From Camelus dromedarius (lineage: Eukaryota), in NCBI RefSeq assembly GCF_036321535.1, contig NC_087436.1:80106001-80170000 (forward strand): 64,000 nt of DNA, read 5' to 3'. The position numbers and the translations under genes were made by a program. The notes under the pieces are model-generated. The model was given only the letters and a program-made list of their open reading frames with translations, was not told the origin of the DNA and ran no database searches. Position 1 is the stretch's first letter. Every line of letters begins with the position of its first letter. This document shows positions 12,261 to 25,743 of the stretch, in pieces.

Positions 12261-12544
12261 AGGTTTAGAGCAAAACTTGTCTCCTGATTCCTAGTTCACA
12301 TGCTTGCCCTCACACCACTCCCCCTCATGCAGCCTCAATAATGAGTATCCTGTAAACTCAACAGCTGCTGGATGGAGGTTTTCATATTTTTCAAAACTAG
12401 TTGTCAAAGTATGTTCCCAATTTGTGATCAAGGGAACCCGTATCTGGGATTCCTCTGCCCCTCCAGGCACTTGGAGAACTGCCTGTAAGCACAGTCCAGG
12501 CCCCTGAACAATAATGCTGTGACAGTGCTGTCATTTCCTTCCTG

Positions 12545-12830
12545 TCATTCCACAAACACTTGACTGGAGACAGAGGACACAAGCCCAATAAGATAGAATC
12601 TATGTTCTCAAGAAGCACACAGACTTATAGGAGACACAGAAAAGTAAAGAGTGTGACAAGTGCTATGATCAAAATATCCACATGATTCTTACACGGCGAC
12701 CAATGTGTGGGCTCAGCCCAGATGGGTGAACTCAGGGAAGGCCTTCCCAGCATAGGAACATCTGGGGAACCCTGAGGGATGAGCTGCAGATACCCAGGCC
12801 AGAGAGGACAGGTGGACATTGCAGGCGGAA
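12545..12830 (-). mobile_element. L2 LINE fragment
   Basis: cattccacaaacact...ctcaagaagcacacag...tgacaagtgctatga...cagggaaggccttccc...ctgagggatgag. Confidence 0.7.
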
Positions 12831-12869
12831 GTTCCTGTTAGGAAGCCCTCTCCGTGCACCTGTCTTCTC

Positions 12870-13073
12870 CAGAATTACTCCTCCTGACCCCTTCAGGCCA
12901 ATGAGTGAGTGACAATGGTTTTCCCCCTGCTAATCTCAAGGTACTGGAATATCCTTTTTTTTCATTTTCAGGAACTCTGCCCAGCCCTCTGTAAACAGCC
13001 CATTATTAAACTCTCTTCTAATTACCCAGTTTGAGTGTGAGATCTGCTTTCTGTCAGGACACTGACTAATTCA
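12870..13073 (+). mobile_element. ERVL-type solo LTR 3' part (LTR33-like)
   Basis: attaaactctcttctaattacccagtttgagtgtg...atctgctttctgtcaggacactgactaattca resembles an ERVL LTR 3' end with poly(A) signal. Confidence 0.6.
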
Positions 13074-14419
13074 ACACATATATACAGAGAAGACTGGACA
13101 CAAATCTACAGACCTCACAGTCCCCTCACCCTCACCCTCAACCCAAAGCCCATCTAAGGAGGCGAGAAGGAAAATCCTAGCTGCAAAAGAAATGCATAGC
13201 ACTCAGGATTGGCCCTGTTAGCCTTGTTGGCACAGAGATCTGACTGGGACATTTCTCTTCTGGCACCAGTTAGAAATGTTCAATTTCAGTTCACTTTAAT
13301 TTGCAATAAATGTGCCTAATTTTATTTTTAATTTCCTAAATAGATTGATTTGGCAAAGCTGCTTCACCAGCTCAAAGGTTAAATCCTGATTGAAAATGCT
13401 AATATGGAATTCATTTTCTCAAACACTGATTCTCTGATTTTGTGAAATTACTCTTGTTTAGATAAGAATCAGAGAACTGTGGAGATGGGAAGTTGGGTAG
13501 ACATGAACCCAAAGGGCCTGACAAAGTTAAAGGTCTTGCCCAACAAGACACAGCTGGTTAATAACATCCTTCCACCCTCCTAGAAACTGGACTGCTCCAC
13601 CGAAGCAACTGCAGCATGCACTGGAAGTACTGTCTCCCAAGAATCATTCTCTGTGGTTTGTAACACTCTTCCTCCCTTGTCATTTGAACCACTTTGCGAT
13701 GCATTCTCGGTTTTACTTACTATGTCCTGGAAGGAGGTTTAAGAAAGAATAGTACAAGAAATCAGTAACAGCGGCTTCCTGATCAGAAACTGAAGACAGA
13801 GAGAAAGGAGGGGGAAGGAGTTACTTTCTATGAATTAATAATGAAAATTGTGACATTTATAGTATTTGAATTTAGTATCTATTTGAAAAATAAATCACTT
13901 TATTTAAAAGGTGGGGAGAACAAGCATCATTTGAATTCCGTTCAGCAAACAGATGCTGCCCAATCCAAGGCAGAGGTCCAGACTCCTGAGTCTGTCATCC
14001 TGCGTAAGAGACAGAAATGTACAGAAACAATGATATTCCAGCCAGGAATGGGTGAAGTCCCAGAAGAGAGATGGAAGGAGAGTCAGTTCAACTCAGTGTA
14101 TCCAAGTTGCATATTAACAGATGGTTAGTACTGGGGAAGGATGCACCAAGTAGGGGAATTGTCGGCAAAATCTTGAGAGAGAACATTTAGGAGGACACGA
14201 ATAGCTTGCTTCTGCTCACATGATGACGAGTGAGGAAAAGCAACCCTCCTCGCCCCCTCCCAGAGCCCAGCCTTGGGCACAACCTCCACTTTCCACAGAA
14301 GTCCTATTCGTAATGATGATGCCTTCAGGAAGGATGACGTTTTCGTTTTTAAAAGGTCTTCTCAAGAAAACGATTCCCTTTCACCTCACAATAACACATC
14401 CTCACTGTCTAGCTGAAGA

Positions 14420-14550
14420 AACCAGCTAAGAGAGGTCAGCAGAGTTGAATGGGATCTGAAAGGAAACTGTCATTTTACAGAGAAGGAAACTGAGGCCTAG
14501 GGAGGATGCGGGACACTTAGGAACAGAGCTAGAAACTTCTGAGGTCGTTT
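14420..14550 (-). mobile_element. MIR SINE
   Basis: cattttacagagaaggaaactgaggcctagggagg. Confidence 0.75.
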
Positions 14551-16329
14551 GCCCCACACACAGAGGGGAAAACCCCATCTGTCTGCCAGTCACACGTTGC
14601 CTCCATCTGCGGGGAATAATTTGGAGGTACAATAAAATGGCATTTGCATCATACACAGTTGTTTTCTGCCTAGATGCAGAATGCCAAGCTTTTTTCTTTC
14701 CTTCCTTCCCTTTTTTTCCCTTTGGAGGGGGCTCGGGGGTGATGTATCTACTATTATTCTTTCACCTGGAAACGGAACACCTTGAGATTGGCTGTGTCCC
14801 TGCGGACTGGGAGGCGGGTGGCAGCCCTCACCATGGGGCCAGTCAGAGGTCTGCCTACTGACTGCATTGTACTGTTCACTCAGAGTACTCTGCTAGGCAG
14901 GGCTATGAAATGTGTGGAGGTATTGTTTTTCAAAGAGAAAAATCAAATGCATATTAGAAGATAATTGATGATCTAAAGCTGCCAAAGGTCTGGGGCAGGG
15001 GTAGCTGCTATAGACAGCAAGCAGCATGCAGAACAGATGGAAAGAAAAAAGGTCCAGGCACGTTTATTCTTGAGTTTCCTGTATGTAATACATACGTCAT
15101 TTCATCTTTTCCCCCTCGTATCCCCTCATGAAACGCATGCTCCTCTCCCCTCGGCTGGCCCCCCATGCCATACCCTCTGCATCTCTTGCCTTTTTGAGAA
15201 GCTCCCCATGTCCCAGCTGGGCCTGAATGATTAGGTGTGGCCCTATGGCTCACTCTCACTTATTCAGCTGTTAAAGCAGCTTAAACCCTCATAAGAACAT
15301 TAACATTTGGGTGCCAATAACAGATTGACCTTTATTCATAAAGTGCAAATAGTTGGAAGTCGAACAGATTGGTTGCCAGCGATTGCCTTTTATGTGCAGT
15401 TTAAGGCTTTGATTTCTCTCTCCTTTCTTCCTTTAATCTGACATCGCTGGCTTGAATACGGTTTGCACTCTAAGTAAACAGGGCCAAGGGAGGCCTCTGC
15501 TTTTGTAGCCCAGTTTGCTTGCGAGAAGGAAAGGAGATGGGAGGGTGACTTTAAAAGATTTGCCTTTGGAATTAAACAATTTGAAAATGGGTTGGAAACC
15601 CCCAAAACTGAATGGAGCTGTTGGAAGAGATATGAACTGAACGGGCACGAGAGTCTTTTGCCCACGGGACTAATTCTCCAAAATCGGCCATCTAGATGCA
15701 GACTGAGAATGTCAGAGTTTATACTAACTCCCTTGAAAAGTTTACTCCAAACCATACACAAAAGGGAGACTCCGAAACCCACAGAGCCTGAGAATTTGAG
15801 AGGGGACCCCACTGCACGCTTTGTTACGCCTTCTAGCCAGCTGGGAGCATTTGATGCGAAAGAGTGCGAAGGGTGGCTGAATCCCTTTAAACAAGTTGTG
15901 TTTCTTTAAAGCATTCCAAGGAAATACCTCTGAAGCACAGGCTCTTTAAGATACTCTCCAACACAGCATTCAGTTCTGGATTTTTTTTTTCCTGATTTAT
16001 CTTGACAATACTTCACTTTCAACAGCACAGCCCACGCTTTATGGTAAATGGAGAGTCTTTATAGCGCTTCCGTAGAGGGTGTGTGCAAATGCAAAGCTTC
16101 CCAGCCATCAGCCGCACCCATTTAGAAATGATAAAGTCCTTTGCGAGTCGACAGAGGGAACACAGGAAATGGGAGAAAGAAGCTCTCATGAATAAGACTT
16201 GACCATAAGTATAAAGCAATTTTATGTGAACACCGGTTCTGTTAGAGCTTCTGCGTTACCTTGAAAAAAATCTTACATATTTTTTAGGAGTAAAGGAGCA
16301 TTTCTTTTTGATCCCGACAACTTATACTG

Positions 16330-16480
16330 TGTTGTATAGTAACAGCTTTGGCTTTAGAATTAGGCAGATTTAGGTTTGTGTCCCAGCCCTTATTAGAAGC
16401 TCATTAGCTATGTGACTTAGATGAGGAACTTGTCTCAAAGCCTCACTTTCTCCTCTGTAATTTATGGGCAGCCATAGCAC
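16330..16480 (+). mobile_element. MIR SINE
   Basis: ggctttagaattaggcagatttaggtttgtgtcccagc...tagctatgtgactt...gcctcactttctcctctgtaa. Confidence 0.75.
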
Positions 16481-17417
16481 CAGTCCCAGAGGAAGGAGCA
16501 GCCCTTTGAGGCTCCTCAGGCAGCTCCTTGGCCCTTAGTTCTCAGTGAAAGTTATTGTTACTTTATCAGTTTTTAATTTTCGACAGTGTTGCTGTCATAG
16601 GTTTGTATGAGAACTTGATCAAAAGAAGCAGAAAGTGCTTAGCAATGGACCCATCCCCACAGTTAACTACAATAAAGAGAAATTGCTATTAATTATTATT
16701 AGTTATTATTAGTTTATATTTTCCTGTGCATGGATTTTTCCACTCTCTCAAACTATATCATGGTTGTTTTATGGCAGAAAATAGGTCTTCCATTTCTTTT
16801 GCACCCCTCTGAGCACAATTATTAGATGCAGAATGGATGCTTAATAAATGACTAACTGTTGGTTTACTGTTTCTTCCCCTTTATTGGAAATTATCTGCTC
16901 CAAAGTGAAAAACATGGGCATTATCTTTCACTCCTTTCATCTCTCCATTTAATCTACTACTGAATTCAGCCATTTCTCGCTAAAGAATATGAGCTCCCCT
17001 ATTCTCCACTCATATTGTCACCAGGCTAATCCACATGTGCCACAGCCTTCTAGCGGAGAACATGCTCACCCCGTGTCCTCACCACCATTCCCCACCTGCT
17101 GTCAGTCATGCTGCAGACCCATGCTGGGCAAATATTCCCCAGACTTATTTTATGTCTCCACCCAGCAATTTATGCTGTGGCCTCCCTCCTCTTCCAGACT
17201 TTCCCTAAGGATGATGTGGAAAGTCACATGGATGGAAAGAGTTTTAAAAAGAAATAAGAAAATTATCACCAGTCCTTTGATTCAAGGGTTTTTCCTGAAC
17301 TCAGAATATCACAAGGAGGGCAAAGCCCTACCACATTTGCTAACTGGTTAGCCACCTTGCTGTCATGTACCTGGCTTCAGCTCATGAGAAGAGGGACAGT
17401 TTTGCAGGCTATGGATG

Positions 17418-17621
17418 TACAACTCAGTAGCAAAAAATAAAAAAAATCCAATTGAAAATGAGCAGAGGATCTGAATGGAAGTTTTTCCAAAGAGGACATA
17501 CAGGTGGCCAACAGGTGCATGGAAAGGTGTTCAATATCACCAATTATCAGGGAAATGTGAATCAAAACCACAATGACGTATCACCTCATATTTGTTAGAA
17601 TGGCTTTTATCAAAAAAAAAA
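17418..17621 (+). mobile_element. Older LINE-1 (L1MA-like), left part of an element split by a nested L1
   Basis: ORF2 C-terminal sequence (ccaaagaggacatacaggtggccaacagg...caaaaccacaatgacgtatcacctcata...gttagaatggcttttatcaaaa) that resumes at about 19729. Confidence 0.85.
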
Positions 17622-19688
17622 AAATTGGAAAAGAAGAAGTCAAAAATGTCACTATTTGCAGATGACATGATCCTATACATAGAGAATCCTAAAGATGCTA
17701 CCAGAAAACTACTAGAGCTCATCAATGAATTCAGTAAAGTTGTAGGATACAAAATTAATATACAAAAATCAGTTGCACTTCTATACACTAACAATGAAAT
17801 ATCAGAAAAAGAAATAAAGGAAATAATCCCATGTACCATGGCTTTAAAAAAAAAAAAATTCTAGGAATAAACCTACCTATGGAAGCAAAAGAGCTGTACT
17901 CTGAAAACTGTAAGACGCTGATGAAAGAAACAAAGATGACACAAGCAGATGGAAAGTTATACTGTGTTCTTGGATTAGAAGAATCAATATTGTTAAAATG
18001 GCCATACGACCCAAGACTATATGCAAATTCAATGCAATTCCTATCAAATCACCAATGGCACTTTCTATGGAACTGAAACAAAATTTTTTTTTAATTTGTG
18101 TGGAAACCCAAAAGACACCAAATAGCCAAAACAATCTTGAGAAAGAAGAACAGAGCCGGGAGAATCACACTCCTTGACATCAGACTATACTACAAAGCTA
18201 CAGTAATCAGGACAGTATGGTATTGGCACAGAAACAGACACATACATCAATGGAACAAGATAGAAAGCCCAGAAATAAATTCATGCACTTATGGTCAATT
18301 AATCTATGACAAAGGAGGTAAAAATATACAATGGAGAAAAGATATTCCTTTCAATAAGTGGTGCTGGGAAAACTGGACAGCTACATTTAAAGAATGTAAT
18401 CAGAACATTATCTAACACTATATACAAAAATAAACCTCAAATGGTTTAAAGACTTAAACTTAAGACTGGACACTAAAACCCCTAGAAGAAAGCATAGGCA
18501 GAATACTCTTTGACATAAATCGCAGTAATATTTTTTTCCAATTTGTCTCCTACAGTAATGGAAATAAAAGAAAAAATAAGCAAATGGGACCTAATTAAAC
18601 TTAAAAGCTTTTGCACAGCAAAAGAAACCATGAACAAAATGAAAAGACAACCTACAGAATGGGAGAAAATATTTACAAATGATGAAACCAACAAGGGATT
18701 AATTTCCAGAATATACAAACAGCTCATACAGTGTAATATTAAAATAAAACAACCCAATCAAAAAAATGGGCAGAAGACCTAAATAGACATTTCTCCAAAG
18801 AACACACACAGATGGCCAACAGGCATATGAAAAGGTGCTCAAAATCACTAATTATTAGAGAAATGTAAATCAAAACTACAATAAAGTATCACTTCATACC
18901 AATCAGAATGGCCATCATTGAAAAAAAGTCTACAAAATGCTGGAGAGGGTGTGGATAAAAGGGAACCCTCCTACACTATTGGTGGGAATGTAATTTGCTG
19001 CAAACACCATGGAAAATAGTATAGAGGCTCCTTAAAAAACTAAAAACAGACTTACCATATGATCCAGCAATCCTACTCCTGGGCATATAGCCAGAGAAAA
19101 CTATAATTCAAAAAGACACACGCACCCCAATGTTCACAGCAGCACCATTTACAATAGCCAAGACAGAGAAGCAACCTAAATGTCCATCAATAGATGAATG
19201 GATGAAGGAGATGTAGTGTATATATACAACAGAATACTACTCAGCCATAAAAAAGAATGAAATTAAACTATCTGCAGCAACAGAGGTGGACCTAGAGATT
19301 ATCATATAAAGTGAAGTAAGTCAAACAGAAAAAGACAAATATCATATATTACTTATATATGAAATCTAAAAAGTAAAATGATACAAATGAACTTATTCAC
19401 AAACCAGAAATATTCACAGACATAGGAAACAAACCATGGTTACCAAAGGTGTGAGGGGAGGGATAAATTAGGAGTTTAGGATTAATATATACAGTCTACT
19501 ACATATAAAATTGATAAACAACAAGGACCTAATGTATAGCACAGGGAACTATATTCAATATCTTGTAACAGCCTATAATGGAAAATAATCTGATAAAGAA
19601 TATATATGTATATACATAACAGAATCACTATACTGTACACCTGAAACTAACACAACATTGTAATCAACTGTACTTCAGTTTTTAAAAA
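17622..19688 (+). mobile_element. Younger 5'-truncated LINE-1 nested in an older L1 (RT FADD region to 3'UTR), degenerate
   Basis: ORFs 17592..17864 ([14 protein letters not shown]), 18098..18415 ([13 protein letters not shown]) and 18543..18782 ([15 protein letters not shown]); 3'UTR of the same type as 1175-1615. Confidence 0.95.
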
Positions 19689-19728
19689 GGTGGAAAACTG
19701 AAAAAAATAAGGTAGCTAGTTACAACAG

Positions 19729-20512
19729 AAAAGAAGACAAGAGATAACAAGTGCTGGCAAGACGTTGAGCAAAGGGAATCCTTCTGCGCCGTTGATGGAA
19801 ATATAAATTGGAGTATGGAGGTTCTTCAAAAAATTAAAAATAAATCTACCATATGGTCTAGAATTCCCATTTCTTGGTATATATCTGAAGGAAAGGAAAC
19901 AAGGATCTTGAAGATATTTGCACCCCACCACTTTAGTTGCAGAATTATTCACAATAGCCAAAACTTCAAAACAACCTACGCATTCAACAGCAGATGAATG
20001 GATAAAGAAGATGTGGTGTATATGTACATACAATGGGATATCATTCAGCCATAAAAAAAGAAGGAAATCTTGCCATTTGCAATAACACCGATGACCCTGG
20101 AGGGCATTATGCTAAGTGAAATAAGTCAGACAGAGAAAGACAAACACTGTATGATCTTACTTACATACAGAATTTAAAAATGTGGAACTCGTAGAGACAG
20201 AGAGTAGAATGGTGGCTGCCAGGGGCTGGAGGGCTGGAGAAAATGGGGAGATGTTGGTCAAAGGGTACACACTTCCAGTCATGAAATGAGAAAGTTCTGG
20301 GGATCTAATACACCACACAGCGATTATAGTTGACAGTATGGTATTGGGTGCTTGAAATTCACTAAGAGAATAAATCTTAAACATTCTCACCACCAAAAAC
20401 AAAAAGATTATGTGAGGTAACGAATGTGTTAACTAGCCTTATTGTAGTAATCTTTCACAGTATATAAACTTACACAATGTTATGTCAATCTCGATAAAAC
20501 TGGGGAAAAAAA
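19729..20512 (+). mobile_element. Older LINE-1 (L1MA-like), right part with 3'UTR
   Basis: aagacaagagataacaagtgctggcaag continues the ORF2 sequence cut at about 17621; L1MA-type 3'UTR (tcttaaacattctcaccacc...tatgtgaggtaacgaatgtgttaac) with A tail. Confidence 0.9.
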
Positions 20513-21729
20513 GAGGCTGTGGGTGGGTCAGAGCTACTACTAGAGGGGAAAGGCAAAAACCCTTTCAGCCTCAGCTACTGTCAGCGACCAAATATATATC
20601 TTTTCCCCAACATTTCAGTGGACTAGAGATGTCAAACTTTAGATTACAATAACTTCAGAATTTTGTTTTGGAACCCTGAAACAAAGGGCAGCAAACAAGG
20701 GAAAGTTAAAAACCACACACAAGCATACGAACACATAAAAATAGCAGCACAGAAGGCAAAAGGAAAAAATGAGGGAAAAAACTGAGACGTTAAATTTCAG
20801 ATTCCTAGGATAAGTCCCTACTTTTCCAAGTCCCCGGAGTTCCTCTAAAGAAGGGACAAGAGCTGGAGGCAATTAAAACCTGTCCTTTCTCCAGGTTTCA
20901 TGACCACCCAACCCTAAATCCAACACTCACCCCAAGTCAGGGGGAAGCATTTCTCCTCAGTGGAAATTCATTTCTATTTAATTGTTTTTTCTCACAGCTT
21001 TTCCTTCCATAATCAGCGACTGTAATGCCAACTAGCTCTCAAGCCAAGTCATTTTAATGAGGGAAGGATTTCAAAAAGATTATGGATGGGATTTTAAATG
21101 TCTACTGAAATACACACAGAAAAGTCTTCATTGTAAAGGAGGAAATGCTTTAAAAAGTATCTTTAAATAAATCCTCAATAACAGAGACTTGGCAGGCCCA
21201 GGGCTGCTACCCAGCCATCGCTGGGAGAATGGGCTTTTTATGGATTCCAATCTAAGTGTTCATGCTGACAGCAGCCCCTAATCTATAGTATTGTTCAGTA
21301 CTCGTGAGAGTCTCATTAATTAGTAGCTGATGAGGTACAAAAGGAGTAAATTTTGTTTCAATTTAACGATGACCTTCATTTTAATTCCATTTCCTTTGTG
21401 AAAACCTGGAAATTATATGGCCATCCACAAACAGCAGTTTTTAAAAGCTCTTCTACTCACACAAATTGCTTTAATTTCTTACCCCGTTACAAAATGCAGA
21501 GCTCTAGTGACCCTAATGTACTTCTGGAAAAAGAACTGACAGAAGAAAATTTAGGCTTTTGAACTGTTAGGGGAAACTTTGGCAGGGGATATATTGGGGG
21601 TGGGGGTGAAAGGCTTTAGTTTGCATTTATGACAAAGAACAAATCACATAAAAAGTCTGAGGATGATAAAAATAAAGTATCCGTGTCATCAAAATGAAAT
21701 TAATGCACCTAAGAGACCTTAACCTGGAG

Positions 21730-21783
21730 ATCAACGCCTGGCACAGAGCATTTTTTTAATAAAAGTTTGTTGAATGAATGAAT
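21730..21783 (+). mobile_element. L2 extreme 3' end
   Basis: gcctggcacagagc...aataaaagtttgttgaatgaatgaat. Confidence 0.65.
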
Positions 21784-22529
21784 TCTTTTGATGTCACCTT
21801 ACTCTCAGTCAATGCTGGTTTTTTCAGCGGTAATGTTCCTAAATGCAGTTAAGTAGTGGATCTGATACACTGCTGGCACTAATAAATGTTGACCAATTCA
21901 TGGAGAAAGCAGCTCTTGGCCTCCCAGCAGGGAACAAGCTCTCCGTTGCACTCAGGGAGTAAGCAGAAGGTACAAGGGCAAGCTCAACAGGCAGCTGCCT
22001 GCCTCACTACCACTGCAACTTCTCAGATTGCAGATCCTAGCATCAGGGGTTCCCCTCCAGGCCAGCAAGGGGGCCACTCACTGCAGCTGCTTGGAAGTAA
22101 AGCAGGTTAAGGACATTACCACGGGCTATTGGGACACAGCCATTTTAACAAAGTAATAACTTTCTTTCTAACACCAAGTAATCTGTGCAGAAGGCACCTT
22201 TCAGCCTCACATCACTCCGACCCCATCTTCCGGGATGGGATTAGGCTTAGAGATGGATCGAGATGTCTGCATCACACAATACTTGGAAGTTTTTCAAAAC
22301 TGAAAGTGAAATTATTTGAAAGCCAAGTCAGAGGGTCCTATTTCCTACAGTGACCCCTCCACTCCCCTTGTCCACTCATACACACACACCCCCACAATGT
22401 GTGTGTTTTTACCAGACTCCGTATTGGATGACTGAATGAGTGAATGTTCGCTATAATAAATTACAACTCAGTATGGAGTTCACATCATAGGCCACACTTA
22501 GCATCTTCCCAAACCAAGTATTTCTAGAA

Positions 22530-23296
22530 CTACTATGGAAAGCCATATGGAGGGTCCTCAAAAAATTAAACATAGAACTATCATATGATCCAGCAATTTC
22601 ACTCCTGTGTATTTATCCCAAGAAAACAAAAACATTAACTCAAAAAGATATGTGCACCCCCGTGTTCACTGCAGCATTATTTACAATAGCCAACACATGG
22701 AAGCAACCTGTCTATCAATGGATAAATGGATTAAGAAAATGTGGTGCATATGTACACAATGGAATATTGTCCAGTCACAAAAAAGAAAGAAATCTTGCCA
22801 TTTGTGGTTCTTCCACAACATGGATGAAACTTGACGGCATTGTGCTAAGTGAAGTAAGCCAGACAGAGCCAAATCTCACTTACATGTGGAAACTAAAAAC
22901 AAAACAAAACAAAACACAACAAAACAAAACAAAATTCACAGATACAGAGAACAGATTGGTAGTTGCCAGAGGGAGTTGGTGGGGGTGGGTGAAATGGCTA
23001 AAGGGGGTCAAAGTGTACAAACTTCCAGTTATAAAGAACATAAGTCCTCAGGATGTAACGTACAGCATGGCGACTATAGTTAATAATATTGTATAGTATA
23101 TTTAAAGGTTGCTAAAAGAGTAGATCTTAAAAATTCTCATCACAAGAAAAAAAATTTATAACTATATGTAGCAATAGCTGTGACTAGACTTATTGGGGTG
23201 ATCATTTCACAACATATACAAATATTACATTGTTATATTGTACATCTGAAGCTAATACAATGTTATATCTCAATTATACCTCAATTTTTTAAAAAG
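22530..23296 (+). mobile_element. 5'-truncated LINE-1 (L1MA-like) with internal (CAAAA)n at about 22895-22935
   Basis: ORF 22650..23096 begins CTPVFTAALFTIANTWKQP (L1 ORF2 C-terminus); L1MA-type 3'UTR ends tatctcaattatacctcaat. Confidence 0.92.
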
Positions 23297-23559
23297 TAAA
23301 CATCACTGGTAAGAAATCTATCAATCATTCACACTCCAGTGCAAATTACCAAAATCCAATTGCTTTCCTCCCTTACATCTATCTGAAACTTCTGGGGGAA
23401 TTTTCTCATGGATGAGCTCTGAGGAGCTATTCTCAGTAAGCAGAATCTGTATAGAGACTATGTATGTAGTACAGAACCAGTACACAGTGAGTTTAACAGA
23501 AACTCTATTTGCTAGAACTGTAAGAAAGTGGAAATAATAACATAATCACATAAAATGAC

Positions 23560-23720
23560 TTTAGCCTCTTCTCTTGCATTTTTTTTCATTTAATCTTCAC
23601 TCTGTAAGGCAGTATTTACCATCACCCCATTTTATAGGTGAAAGAAAGAAACTAAATATCTTGCCTAAAAGAAAGGAAATCTGGTCTTTCAAACCAGATA
23701 GAGAGATCCCTGGGCTGGGT
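23560..23720 (-). mobile_element. MIR SINE
   Basis: ttcatttaatcttcac...ccccattttataggtgaa. Confidence 0.65.
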
Positions 23721-24289
23721 GTCTTTTACAGCACAAGAGTGTCTATGGGATATCTTTGGGAAAGGCATCCCTGCTGGTGTTTTTAAGGCATTTGCTACCA
23801 TCACACAGCAAAATTTGGAAAATAGCGAAGGTATCCCCAAGGACAGAAGTCCAAACATAAGAAATAAGAAGAATAAGGGTGTTTTCAAATGTAGGCAGCT
23901 TCTTTCACCTTCCCGTTTTTAACTCCCATTAAGTCTTCCAGAGCAAGTGCAGTCTAGCTGCATGTCTCCTCCTTCACCTGGACCTTTTTAACAGCTCCTT
24001 CGATCCAGGGTTAAATTCTGCTTCAGGGCTATGCAGCACTGGCCTGGGTGGAGCAACTCGCCTTCCTGTCATAGCAACACCAGGCTGCTCAGAGCTGGTG
24101 AGCCCACCGCTGGCAGGTGTTTCGCTCTGCTCTGTGCCCCTCTTTGTGAGACAGGGTACACTTTGAGCACCTCAAGAGGCAGAAGCCCCACATCAAATGC
24201 CAGGAAAGGTAATCACCAGGGCTCACAATTATTAATGTCTCAGGAAGTTCTCCCCACTACGAAGTAGTACTTTCTGAGTTTCCTATGAC

Positions 24290-24490
24290 TAGAAAGTAAC
24301 TAGAAAGTGTGGGGCTGAACAGCTAGATCCAGGTGTCAAAAGGGTGTCATAAACACTCTACCTCTTTTTCTTCATCTATCCACTCAGCTCCCCTCTCTGT
24401 TCACCTCGTTCTCAGGCAGATTCTCCCTTGCGGGGCATAAATATCACCAAAAGTTTCAGACTGAGATCATCCTCACAGTTGCCAATCCCT
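24290..24490 (-). mobile_element. ERVL-MaLR (MLT1-like) LTR fragment
   Basis: cagctagatccaggtgtcaaa...ctcagctcccctctctgtt...cgttctcaggcagattctcc typical of old MLT1 LTRs. Confidence 0.55.
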
Positions 24491-25550
24491 CTGGAAACCT
24501 GCAGAAATTAGCAGTTAACTGCCTAGAGTGGGCAAGTGGGGACGAGATTTAAGAGGACTTTAGGAGGAAGGGACATTTACTTGCATCTTAGTGATGTATA
24601 GGAATTTCCCAGGCAAAGAAGGATGGAGTGAGATGGGCTTTCCTGTATCTGGGGGACCGCTGCAGGTGCCTTGAGCACACTGGAGAAAGTGGAGGAGGAC
24701 AGAGACATGAGTACAGCTGCCTTTGTCACAGACAAGAAAGCGAGCTGCAGAATGGCTAAGTCACTGAAAAGTCAATTTGACAAATATTCAAATTATAATT
24801 TACCAAATTTATTGATTTACAAGAAAATTTTTTGATCATTTATATAAAGTTTGCAGAAATTTGTATTGCCACAGTGGCCATAGTTGATCAGCTTTTATTT
24901 TGTCTTCAGAACAGCATTTTCAGGGATATTCAGTTTATTAAGACCTAAGATCGAATGGGAGGGGTTGTAAGTCTCCGCAAGCAGTCAGGTCAATTTAGTT
25001 CCAAACTGGCATTATGGACAATCCAACTTTGTATGCAACTGTAATAAAATCAAATGCCAAGTCTCACTGTAGTTATGTCAAAACATTCAGAAAGCAAAAT
25101 ATTCAATTTAACCCCTCAGCCATAAATCTGAAACGTGGTCACAAATATCTCTTAAGTTTCTTTCTTACTCTCATGCTACAATGAAGGAAATTAAGTGCCC
25201 AATGAACAAATTTCCCTTTTCAACTATATTCAGTCATTGAATATGGCTATAAAACTGTCAACTGCTGTGCCATGACAGCTATTACTAGGACAGTCTTAAC
25301 AATTTAAAAATAAACTCTGCTTGACATTAAAAAAAAAAGACTATATGTAATATTCAGAAAAGTATATTTTAATCAATTACCAAATGTCAGTGTTTCATAT
25401 GGGAAGGTTTTCAGTTTCTACTGATCTCTTTCATCCTTTCCTCATTCTCTTGTACATTTCACCATGTCTTGTCAAACATTGTTAGAGACCTTTCTCTTCG
25501 GAAGAAGTCTTCACTTCTCTACTCAGACCTCACAGTTCTAACCCTATACA

Positions 25551-25743
25551 CTTGTGCTATTCAATGTGGGAGCCACTAGCCACGTGTGGCTATCAAATGT
25601 TGAATTAATCAAAATTAAATGAGATAAAATTTCAGTTCTTCTGTCACATTAGCCACGTTTCAAGAGAGCAACAGCCACCTGTGGCTAGTGGCCACCCTTA
25701 TTGGGCAGCTCCACCATCACAGAAAGCCCTATTGGATGGCATT
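25551..25743 (-). mobile_element. MER3-like hAT-Charlie non-autonomous DNA transposon
   Basis: Internal inverted repeats agccactagccacgtgtggcta / agccacctgtggctagtggc, AT-rich centre, end catcacagaaagccctattgga. Confidence 0.85.

Noticed and set aside
25551..25743. Large inverted repeat that could be a pre-miRNA or other structured RNA
   Set aside because: Explained by the internal palindromic structure of a MER3-like DNA transposon.
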